Positions 19,372 to 28,700 of a DNA stretch of 57,836 nt are shown piece by piece. Position 1 is the stretch's first letter. Each line of letters begins with the position of its first letter. The position numbers and the translations under genes are program-made. The notes under the pieces were generated by a model, which did not search any database, was not told the origin of the DNA, and saw only the letters and a program-made list of their open reading frames with translations. The stretch comes from Myxococcota bacterium (GTDB lineage Bacteria; Myxococcota_C; UBA6777): the NCBI GenBank assembly GCA_023150835.1, contig JAKLKB010000027.1, forward strand, positions 1 through 57,836, written 5' to 3'.

Positions 19372-19482
19372 TACGATATCCGAGAGATGTGTACACAAAG
19401 GAGAGTTCGTAGATGCCCTATGATCGGGCAGCCACAGGGGGCTGCCCCTACATCTTTACGCACACAACGGGCGGATCTCGTA
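19372..19482 (-). mobile_element. Family A MITE (TAA target duplication)
   Basis: TAA|TACGATATCCG..CGGATCTCGTA|TAA. Confidence 0.9.
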
Positions 19483-19559
19483 TAAAGCATCCTTGTATCG
19501 CGGTGCCCTCTTTTCGTCGCTGTATTTTTTATTTTTTGTCTGATGATTAGGAGAAGAAT

Positions 19560-20315
19560 ATGTCTCTTATGCAAAACTGGAACAACAGCGTTTTCCAAAA
19601 AAGACGTGTTTGCGGCCCTTTGAGCGGCTGCGTGGTGGGTTTGGAAACCTCTGTTCGCTCCGCCAACACGGGGTCAAGGGGGCGACGCTCCCTTGTGGGG
19701 TCTGGGGCAAAGCCCCACCATGCCTACAAACAGCATACGTCGCATCCAAACAACGCATCTTCTCCGTACCACCGTCTTTTTCGTGCGTGTTGGTGGGTGT
19801 GTGGCCTTTGGTTTTTTCTTTGGATGACTCCCCAACAGGCTGTTGCAAACCCTTTTGCAAGCAACCTTCCCTCCAAAGTGGGCGTGGGGGTGGGCTATGA
19901 TGTCGATCTCAATGGCTTTACGATCCGTTTTGGCGACTTAAAAGGTGTGCGTTTTGACATCAATCTGGGCTTTGGTTTGAACCTTCAAACAGGCAATAAT
20001 TCCTCAACCACCGTCGATATCACCCCCGGATTTCGAGTCTTGTTTCCGATCGGCTCTGTTCGCGTTGTCCAACTGCATGCTGTGGTGGGAACCTACCTGC
20101 TGATGAAGCCCACCGATGCAGCCTTTCGGATGGATCTATCGCTCTTTGGTGGCTTGATGCCTGAGATCTTTTTGTTCGAGCAGTTGAGTATCGAGATCAT
20201 GGTTGGATTTGCCTTCAACATCAACAATATCGGCGGGGATGTCACGCTCAACCTCGGAACCATCGGCAAAGGGATCTCTTTCCTGAGCGGCGCGGCTTTT
20301 CACTGGTACTTCTAA
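19560..20315 (+). CDS. Probable outer-membrane beta-barrel protein
   Basis: AGGAG RBS; alternating amphipathic strands; C-terminal aromatic end FHWYF. Confidence 0.65.
   Translation: MSLMQNWNNSVFQKRRVCGPLSGCVVGLETSVRSANTGSRGRRSLVGSGAKPHHAYKQHTSHPNNASSPYHRLFRACWWVCGLWFFLWMTPQQAVANPFASNLPSKVGVGVGYDVDLNGFTIRFGDLKGVRFDINLGFGLNLQTGNNSSTTVDITPGFRVLFPIGSVRVVQLHAVVGTYLLMKPTDAAFRMDLSLFGGLMPEIFLFEQLSIEIMVGFAFNINNIGGDVTLNLGTIGKGISFLSGAAFHWYF
19591..19718 (-). mobile_element. Family B element inside the 5' part of the beta-barrel ORF
   Basis: CGCCAACACGGGGTCAAGGGGGCGACGCTCCCTTGTGGGGTCTGGGGCAAAGCCCCA matches the other copies. Confidence 0.75.
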
Positions 20316-20320
20316 AGGTT

Positions 20321-20863
20321 ATGCTCACAGCACAACGCTCACAAAGGAGTCCAATCATGTCCGCCTGTTTGTTGCCTTCCGCGATCCCCATCACATCGCG
20401 AATTTCACGGGTGTTCTCTGCACTGGCTTGTCTGCTTCCGCTGCTTTTGCTTGCCTGTGGAAAAGGCTCGTCCGTCTGGCCAAGTACCAACCCGTTCAAC
20501 CACAACGGCAGCGCCAACACCCTCAACCATCGCGGCCAAGAGTCCCCCACCAACCACAGCGGCAGCAACAACAATCTCAACCACAGCGGAGAAGCCAACA
20601 ATCCGATGTCTTACGGGACGTACGGAAAAAAAGGCGCGACAGAAGCAGGCCCGCTGCGTTGGCATCTTTGTAACTGCCTTGTCGTCCCGTCCGAGGGCCT
20701 GATCATACCGCGTAGAACTTACAGCGTTTGTGCAACAAATCCCATTAACGCAGAGACTTATTCATCAAGCAAATGTCGTCCATTATTACCTTCTTGGCAG
20801 CGATGCAGTGCCTGTGTTTGTACGCCTGTGTTTGCCTGTTCGACGCTCGGGGCCTCGCTTTAG
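20321..20863 (+). CDS. Hypothetical lipoprotein with NHxG repeats and a Cys-rich C-terminus
   Basis: LLLAC lipobox; 4 NHxG motifs; the true start may be 20357 (AAGGAG upstream). Confidence 0.6.
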   Translation: MLTAQRSQRSPIMSACLLPSAIPITSRISRVFSALACLLPLLLLACGKGSSVWPSTNPFNHNGSANTLNHRGQESPTNHSGSNNNLNHSGEANNPMSYGTYGKKGATEAGPLRWHLCNCLVVPSEGLIIPRRTYSVCATNPINAETYSSSKCRPLLPSWQRCSACVCTPVFACSTLGASL

Positions 20864-20870
20864 CGCATTA

Positions 20871-21079
20871 GACGAAATCCGCCCGTTGCGTGATCGTAAT
20901 GAGGTAGGGGCAGCCCCCTGTGGCTGCCCAATAATCGGACATCTGCGTACTCTCGTTTGCTGTGTACATCACTCGGATATCGTATGAGACGATATCCGCC
21001 CATAACGTGAAACAGGTCGGGGCCGCCACAGAGGGCGGCCCAAGCACAGGGCGTTTACAACGGCTCGCATCGGCACCGC
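20871..21079 (+). mobile_element. Two tandem Family A MITEs (20871-20984 complete; 20988-~21079 truncated long subtype)
   Basis: TTA|GACGAAATCCG..CGGATATCGTA|TGA|GACGATATCCG.. Confidence 0.8.
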
Positions 21080-21081
21080 GA

Positions 21082-22635
21082 TTACACGACGGAGAGCGGG
21101 GGAGGTGTGGAGTCTTCGGATTCTTCGTCTTCTGTCGAAGCATCATCGCGGCGAATACCGTATTTTTTCATTCGGTTGTAAAGCCAAGAACGGTTGAGAT
21201 CGAGGACCCGCGCCGCTTCCGAAACATTCCAATGGCACTCTTCGACCGTTTGTCGGATCAGACGAGCCTCGGTTTGTTCCATGGCTTCTTTGAGCGTAAG
21301 TCGCCGCCCGTGTTCATCGAAAGGAAAGGCAGGGGCAGCGGCCTCTTTGGTGGCCGAAGCAGGAGGTGGTGGATTCGTGGAGGGCGGAGCGATCGGCGCA
21401 GCAGCGGGGGCAGGTTCCGCCAAGACAGCGATCGGCTCAGAAGAGGCGCGTGGATCGAGCTCGGCGTGAGGAAGCTCGATATCTGGCGCATCAAGGATGG
21501 CGCGCTCGTTAAAGATACAAGCGCGCTCTAGCACGTTGCGCAACTGCCGGATATTTCCGGGCCAATAATAGCTCGCGAGTTTTTCGTAGGCGGCCTCTGT
21601 CAAGGAGGCACGTTGGGCGATCTGCATACGGCTCAACAAGAGTTCGACCAAGAGCGGAAGATCTTCGGTTCGCTCGCGCAAGGGGGGAACCTCGATCTCG
21701 ACCACGGCAAGGCGATAAAACAGATCTTCGCGAAACTTCTTTTCGCTCACCAGTTTGCGCAAGTTGTGGTTGGTTGCAGCGATCAGACGAAAGTCCACTT
21801 GGATCTCTTGGATGCCTCCAAGACGGCGGATACAGCGGCGCTCGATCGCATCGAGCAGCTTCACTTGCAGTTCAAACGGCAGATCGCCGATCTCATCGAG
21901 AAAAAGCGTCCCGCCGTGAGATTGTTCAAAGTACCCCTTGTGTTGTTTGCGCGTGGCCCCCGTAAATGCGCCTTGTTCGTAACCAAAAAACTCCGATTCG
22001 ACCAAGCTCGCAGGGATCGCCGCGCAATTGACCGTAATCAACGGGCTTTGCTTGCGAACGCTTTGTTCGTGTAGCGCTTGCGCGATGCTACTTTTTCCTG
22101 TACCCGTTTCTCCCGTCAACAAGACGGGCATCTCTCGCTGTCCAAGCCGCGCCAAAAGTGAAAAGATACGCCGCATCTTTTCGCTTTTTCCAACAAGTTG
22201 TGCGCTGTTATCGAAGAAATTGACTTGGATCTTGGTGGGATTTTCGTACGCTTTCAACACCAAGACGGATCGGCCCAGTTGAAGGCGGGTATTGGGCCGC
22301 CAATAGGCATCAAGGACGCGATGCCCTTCCAAAAACACCCCATTGCGGCTATCCAGATCGCGCACGCGCACGCCGTGTTCGTCCAACAAGATCTCGCAAT
22401 GAAGGCTGCTGATGCGCTTGTCTTCGGTGAGCGGGAGATGGCGGATCTCCGAGCGTCCCACTTCCGAGATCTCTTGGTTGAGCGGCAAGGTAAAGCCTTC
22501 GTGGGGGCCTTCCACCACCTCCACCGTATAACCGCGAACCACCATGCTCGAAGAGCGCAACGGACTCCAATCTTCCATGCGTAGCGTGGTGAGTGCTTCT
22601 TTGGGTTCTTTTGGGCGCGGGATCGGCTTGTCCAT
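21082..22635 (-). CDS. FHA-domain sigma-54-dependent transcriptional activator
   Basis: FHA motifs (GR..ISSLH..DSRNGVF), Walker A GETGTGKS, GAFTGA, LFLDEIG and a C-terminal Fis-type HTH. Confidence 0.95.
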   Translation of the reverse strand: MDKPIPRPKEPKEALTTLRMEDWSPLRSSSMVVRGYTVEVVEGPHEGFTLPLNQEISEVGRSEIRHLPLTEDKRISSLHCEILLDEHGVRVRDLDSRNGVFLEGHRVLDAYWRPNTRLQLGRSVLVLKAYENPTKIQVNFFDNSAQLVGKSEKMRRIFSLLARLGQREMPVLLTGETGTGKSSIAQALHEQSVRKQSPLITVNCAAIPASLVESEFFGYEQGAFTGATRKQHKGYFEQSHGGTLFLDEIGDLPFELQVKLLDAIERRCIRRLGGIQEIQVDFRLIAATNHNLRKLVSEKKFREDLFYRLAVVEIEVPPLRERTEDLPLLVELLLSRMQIAQRASLTEAAYEKLASYYWPGNIRQLRNVLERACIFNERAILDAPDIELPHAELDPRASSEPIAVLAEPAPAAAPIAPPSTNPPPPASATKEAAAPAFPFDEHGRRLTLKEAMEQTEARLIRQTVEECHWNVSEAARVLDLNRSWLYNRMKKYGIRRDDASTEDEESEDSTPPPLSVV

Positions 22636-22822
22636 GCTGGTGTCCTGAATCGTGATCCTTGTCTAAGAACGCAGTCTAGGCCAAAGTGAACGCGCTACGC
22701 TAACACAAGGACGCAACCACCGCAACGCACAAAACCGAATCCCGAACGTGCTGCGTACCCCACGATACGCCACGTTGCCACCCCCAACCACACGCGCTGC
22801 ACCATCAAGAAACGAGGCCCCC

Positions 22823-24127
22823 ATGATCCCGACGCGGACGTACCTTCTCTACGCAACAGGCGGCTTTTCGATGCACGCCTCCAACTTCTTGCTCTCGACA
22901 TGGCTGATCAAGTTTTATACACCCGGCCCCGACAAACACCTGATCGATCCGATCTTTTTTGGCTACATTATGCTCTTTGGCCGAATCATCGACGCGATCA
23001 CCGATCCCTTGGTCGGCGCGTGGTCTGATCATCACAAAGGCCCGCGTGGTCGGCGTGTTCCGTTTCTGTTGTGGGGCGCTCCGATCCTTGCGTTGAGCCT
23101 ATGGTGGAGCTTTACCCCCCCTGTGGCCGGACAATCCGTCTGGAACGGGGTTTATCTTGCCGCGATGATGGCGATCTTTTTCACGTTTTACACGATCGTT
23201 GTCACACCCTACCTTGCGATCTTGCCCGAACTATCGAATGATGCGAAAGTTCGCGTCAATCTGACGACTTACCAAGCAGGCTTTGTCTTGCTCGCCACCA
23301 TCTACGTCGCCGCCCTCTCTGGCCCGATGATCCAAAGACTCGGTTATGGAACGACTATGGCGATATCGGGTGTGCTGATCTGGCTGACTTCGTGGCTACC
23401 GATCCTTGTGGCTCCCCAAAAAGACACCGTGGAGGCGGCACACACCGAAAAAGCGTCGCTGCCCGTGATCTGGACGCGTTCGTGGGGAACGCTGCGCAGC
23501 AAGGCATTTCGCCACATTCTGCTGTCCACCTCGGCCTTTTGGTTTGCGCTCAACCTCTTGATGGCCTCGATCGCGTTGTGGGTCGTCAACGTCTTGAAGG
23601 GCAAAGAGGCCGATGTTGCGATGATTATGATGCCCTTTATCGTGGCCAACCTGCTTGGCTTTGTGGTCTTCAATCGCATGGCCCATCGCTTCGGAAAATA
23701 CAAGGTCTTCGTGATCATGTTTGTGATGATGGCCACCATCGCGCCCTTTTGGTATCTCGTGCAACGACAGCAAGGCGATTGGCCGTACCTGCATGCCATG
23801 CTGCTGTGCTTTGGCTTGGGCTTTCCGCTCGCCGCCTTCCAAGTCCTGCCCTTTGCCCTTCTTGCTGACGTGATCGATCAAGACGAACGCGAATATGGCG
23901 TACGCCGCGAAGCGATCTTTTTTGGGATGCAGGCCATCTTCCAAAAAACCAGCATCGGCCTGTCCATCGTGGTGATGCAGTATATGCGCACAAGCCTTGG
24001 CGAAGTGACGGCCTTGCGTTTGCTTGGGCCGCTCGCGGGCTTGTTTTGCTTGATCGGTTTGATTACATGGATCGGCTACCCATTGCGCGAAGAACCCCCA
24101 CAAAAAATCTCCGCCCCTGCGCATTAA
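22823..24127 (+). CDS. MFS transporter, GPH/MelB (glycoside-pentoside-hexuronide) family
   Basis: DAITDPLVGAWSD..GRRVPF and ADVIDQDE..G.RREA.FFG; about 12 TM segments. Confidence 0.9.
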   Translation: MIPTRTYLLYATGGFSMHASNFLLSTWLIKFYTPGPDKHLIDPIFFGYIMLFGRIIDAITDPLVGAWSDHHKGPRGRRVPFLLWGAPILALSLWWSFTPPVAGQSVWNGVYLAAMMAIFFTFYTIVVTPYLAILPELSNDAKVRVNLTTYQAGFVLLATIYVAALSGPMIQRLGYGTTMAISGVLIWLTSWLPILVAPQKDTVEAAHTEKASLPVIWTRSWGTLRSKAFRHILLSTSAFWFALNLLMASIALWVVNVLKGKEADVAMIMMPFIVANLLGFVVFNRMAHRFGKYKVFVIMFVMMATIAPFWYLVQRQQGDWPYLHAMLLCFGLGFPLAAFQVLPFALLADVIDQDEREYGVRREAIFFGMQAIFQKTSIGLSIVVMQYMRTSLGEVTALRLLGPLAGLFCLIGLITWIGYPLREEPPQKISAPAH

Positions 24128-24240
24128 TACGAGAGCCGCTCGTTGTGTGATCGTAAAGACGTAGGGACAGCCCCCCGTGGCTGCCCAATAATCGGGCGTC
24201 TGGGCACTATCCTTTGTGTACACATCACTCGGAGATCGTA
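24128..24240 (+). mobile_element. Family A MITE (TAA target duplication at the MFS stop codon)
   Basis: TAA|TACGAGAGCCG..CGGAGATCGTA|TAA. Confidence 0.88.
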
Positions 24241-24287
24241 TAATCCCTTTTCTCAATAGCTTTCCTCTCTGATTGCAAGGAGACACT

Positions 24288-25772
24288 ATGCCCCAAACTC
24301 CCGTTCGCATCGGTCTTGTCGGATGTGGGCGCATCACCGACCTTCACGTCCGCGCCTACACCCAAGAACCACGCGCCCTTCTCACCGCGATATGCGACAC
24401 CGATCCCGATCTTCTCGCCAAACGCGCCCTTGAATGGGGTGTCTCCAAGACCTACACCGATTATCAAGCCATGCTCGATGATCCAGCCATCGATGCCATC
24501 GAGATCTGCACACCCACGCGCTTGCACTTCAAGATGGTTCAACAAGCTGCCGCCGCAAAAAAACACATCAGCGTCCAAAAGCCCGTCACTCTCGCCCTCC
24601 ACGAAGCCACACAACTGCGCGACCTCTGCAAACAACACGGTGTGCTGTTCAAGATCTGCGAAAACTACGTCTTCCATCCCACCATCCTCCGCGCCAAACA
24701 GATGATCGATCAAGGAGAGATCGGTACACCACTCAACCTTAGCTGCCGCGTCGTCAGCGGAAGCGGTGGATGGCCGATCACTTCGGAAGCTTGGCGTTGG
24801 CGCTTTGAAGACGCCAAAGTCGCGGGCGGAACCCAGACCTTTGATCATGGACACCATCTCTTTTCGACTGCGTGGTATCTGCTCGGTCCCATCGACAAGA
24901 TCCACGGTTGGATCCATTCGGTCGACGGCGTGATCGATGCCCCCTCTTCCTTTCATTGGACCTACAACAACGGGCTGACCCAAGGATCGGCGATCTTCAC
25001 CGTCTCCACCGATATGCCGATCGACTCTCTCTATTACGGAAACGACGAGTGGTTCGAGATCACAGGAACACGCGGCATCCTCTGGATCAACCGATGCACC
25101 TCACATATCCGCAGCGATCTCCCTCCAATGACGCTTTACAGAGACGGAAAAGTCCAACCCATCGACGGGATGATCACAGACTGGCAAGAAGGTTTTACAG
25201 GCGCCTTACACAACTTTGTCGACGCCATCCTCGGCCTCGCTCCTCCCCAACTCAGCGGCGAAGAAGGCATCGAGATCCTCAGTTATGCGCTCGCGGCACA
25301 ACGCTCTGCACACCTCGAACGGCCCGTCTACATCGACGAGATCCGACAACAAAAAGGGGAGACCCATTATCACACACAGCGCCTGCGCACCCTTGCTTCA
25401 CGGCTCCAACCTCCCGCTTGGCTCAAACGCCTGTTTTCTCCGCCTGTTGATTCATCGACTTGTCGGACACTCACGCGCTCCCTCCCCCAACGCTTCCAAC
25501 CCGAGGCCGTCCGAGGATGGAACGCCACTATATTACTCGATATCCAAGGCCCCAACGGCGGCCAATGGACCGCCATACTCCAAGATCAAGTTCTGGAATT
25601 CCAAGAAGGAAAACACGGAGAACCCGGCCTGATCCTCCGCTGCAAAGACACCGCATGGACCGCGATCCTTTCAGGCAAAAAAAGCGTAGAATCCGCCTTT
25701 TTTCAAGGACAACTCAAACTCGAAGGCAAAGTTGAGTGGGCCCTGTCCCTCAAAAAAGCCTTTCGCCTCTGA
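24288..25772 (+). CDS. Gfo/Idh/MocA oxidoreductase fused to a C-terminal SCP2 sterol-binding domain
   Basis: IGLVGCGRI, ICTPTRLH, QKP and DHGHH; C-terminal AFFQGQLKLEG typical of SCP2. Confidence 0.85.
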   Translation: MPQTPVRIGLVGCGRITDLHVRAYTQEPRALLTAICDTDPDLLAKRALEWGVSKTYTDYQAMLDDPAIDAIEICTPTRLHFKMVQQAAAAKKHISVQKPVTLALHEATQLRDLCKQHGVLFKICENYVFHPTILRAKQMIDQGEIGTPLNLSCRVVSGSGGWPITSEAWRWRFEDAKVAGGTQTFDHGHHLFSTAWYLLGPIDKIHGWIHSVDGVIDAPSSFHWTYNNGLTQGSAIFTVSTDMPIDSLYYGNDEWFEITGTRGILWINRCTSHIRSDLPPMTLYRDGKVQPIDGMITDWQEGFTGALHNFVDAILGLAPPQLSGEEGIEILSYALAAQRSAHLERPVYIDEIRQQKGETHYHTQRLRTLASRLQPPAWLKRLFSPPVDSSTCRTLTRSLPQRFQPEAVRGWNATILLDIQGPNGGQWTAILQDQVLEFQEGKHGEPGLILRCKDTAWTAILSGKKSVESAFFQGQLKLEGKVEWALSLKKAFRL

Positions 25773-25780
25773 GGCCCGCC

Positions 25781-28700
25781 ATGACGGTCAATCCTCTCTC
25801 CCCCGCACAAGATCCCCGCTGGCTCGACAATGGTCGCTACGAGATCCTCCGCCGCCTCGGTGAAGGCGGATTCGGCGTCGTCTACCACGCCTTCGATCAC
25901 AAGATGGGCCTCGAAGTCGCCCTCAAAAAACTCAAATCCGCCGACGCAGAAACCCATTACCGCTTCAAAAAAGAATTCCGCGCTCTCGCCGATCTCTCCC
26001 ACCCAAACCTCATCCATCTCTACGATCTCGTCGCCGATGACACCCAATGCTTCTTCACCATGGAACTGATCCGTGGCGTCGAATTCCTCGAATATGTCCA
26101 ACAATCCCAACACCTCGACCTCACCGACCTCCCCCCGCCTGCCCCTCCCTCCTCCTCGCTCCGAAATGCCTCTCCCGCCCCTTCTCTCCCTCCACCGACT
26201 CCGCATCCCTCCTCCATCCCGACCTCCCCTCCAAGCCCTTCGCATCCGCCCGCATCTCCCGCACACCTCGACAACAGACCTCCTGCACACCTCGACAACA
26301 GACCTCCTGCACACCTCGACAACAGACCTCCCGCACACCTCGACAACAGACCTCCTGCACACCTCGACAACAGACCTCCCGCACACCTCGACAACAGACC
26401 TCCCGCACACCTCGACAACAGACCTCCCGCACACCTCGACAACAGACCTCCCGCACACCTCGACAACAGACCTCCCGCATATACCGAATCCGACTCCGCG
26501 TTCGATCTTCCGCCTCACATCCCGCCTCCGTTCACCCAGTCCTTTGAGCCTCCCGCCTTCCCTCTCGCTTTCTCCAACCCTCCCACCCCTGCGAAATCTC
26601 CGACAGCCTTTCCCCAAAACCCCATCAATCCGAAAGATCCATCCGCTCTCGCCAAGTCCCTCAAACCCACCAACGTCCATTTTCGCCGCCTTCTTCACGC
26701 GCTGTCCCACCTCGCCCAAGGCGTCGCAGCCCTCCATCGTTTCGGACTTTTGCACCGCGATCTCAAACCCTCCAACGTCCTCGTCACCCCCGAAGGCCGC
26801 GTTGTGATCCTCGACTTTGGCCTCGTCGCCGAACTGCGCAAAGATGCCGCCGAACAAAGTATGCAGATCGCGGGAACACCCGCCTATATGTCCCCCGAAC
26901 AAGCTCTCCACCAACCTCTCACCGAAGCCTGCGACTGGTACAGCGTCGGCGTCATCCTTTACCAATCCCTCACAAGCCGCCTACCCTTTGAAGGCTCCGC
27001 CATCGAGATCCTCGGACAAAAACACTCTTCAAAGCCTATTGACCCACAGCACCTTGTCTCAGGCGTTCCCGTATGGCTCAGCCAACTCTGCCTCGAACTT
27101 CTTGACCGCGACCCCAACCAACGACCCCAAGGGGCCGAACTCCTCGAACTCCTTGGCGCACAAGCCCTATCCATCCAAGCCGCCCAACGCTCCGCCCAGT
27201 CTACCTCTCTTCCACTGATCGGTCGCCACAAAGAACTCCAGCGCTTACGCCGCCTCTTCCATCAAACCCTCCCCACCCAAGCCACCGCCGTCCTTCTCGA
27301 AGGAAACAGCGGCATCGGAAAAAGTCACCTCGCACGTCTCGCCCTTTCTGTCCTCCAAAACGAAGCTCCTTCCATGCTCTTTCATGCCCGATGCTACAAA
27401 CAAGAATCCATCCCCTACAAAGCCGTCGACGCCATCATCGGCCAGATCAGCCACTATCTCCGTATGCTCCCCCCCAGCGAACTCCGTCCCCTCATCCCCG
27501 AAGGTATGGAATCTCTCGCCCATATCTTCCCTGTATTCCGACGCATCCGTACCCTTCAACTCGATCTCCGACCCAAACTTCCCCTCGAACCGAGCGAACA
27601 GCGCCGCCAAGCCTTTGCGAGCCTTCGCGAACTCTTGCGCAGGCTCTCCCTGCGGCGAAAACTGATCTTTTGGATCGACGACCTCCAATGGGGTGACGTC
27701 GACAGCGCCGCACTCTTGATCGAACTGTTGCGCCCACCCGAAGCACCCGCTCTGATGTTCCTTGGGTGTTTTCGCAGCGAGGATTCCGATAGTAGCCCTT
27801 TCCTACAAAAATTCTCCTCACTTCACAGCTTTTTTCAATCGGCCTTTCCACTCGAACGTATGGCCCTTGAAGGACTTCCTCTCTCCGATGCCGCCGAACT
27901 TGCCGCCCTGCTGTTTGGGCCTCCTGCACAACCCCGCAATCCCTTGCTTTTGTCTCTCGCCAAGCAAAGCGGTGGCAACCCCTCCTTGCTTGAAGAACTC
28001 GTTCGCTACGTCCAACAGCACACTTCTCTCGAACAACGCGAAGCTCTCTTACTTTCTGGCCCGACCTCGCCCTTGCCGTCCCAAACACCCATCCCTTCGG
28101 CCAACTGGGAACAACATCTCGAACCCCTCCTCGCCGGCTTCACCCTCTCCGAAGTCTTCAAAGAACGCTACGCCCGCCTTTCCACCGCCCAACAAGCCCT
28201 ACTCGAAGTCCTCGCCGTCGCCGGCCAACCCACCACACGCAACTTGCTCTTGCGCACACTCGATATCTCCCTTCCTGCCGCCGATCTCAGCCAACTCCGC
28301 CTCCAACATCTGATCCGACTCCGCGATGCCCAAGAAGACGAGGAGATCGACCTTTATCACGAACGCCTCCGCGAGATCCTTCTCGCCCTCCTTGAACAAC
28401 ACCATCCCTCCCGTCTCAACGACATCCACAGCAAACTCGCCCACGAACTCTCCACCGAAGACACACCCGACGTCAAACGCCTCGCCATCCATCTCTCCCA
28501 TGCTGGCGATCATACCAGCGCCCTTGGCTACACCCTCCAAGCCGCCCAAGACGCCGAATCCGCCCTTGCCTTCGGCCAAGCTGCGCGTTGGTACAGACAC
28601 GCTCTCTCTCTCTCTCCCCTCGATCCACTCCAAGAACGCGATATCCTCCGCGCTCTCGCCGATGCTCTCGCCCACCAAGGACTCGGTGAGTCCTCTGCCG

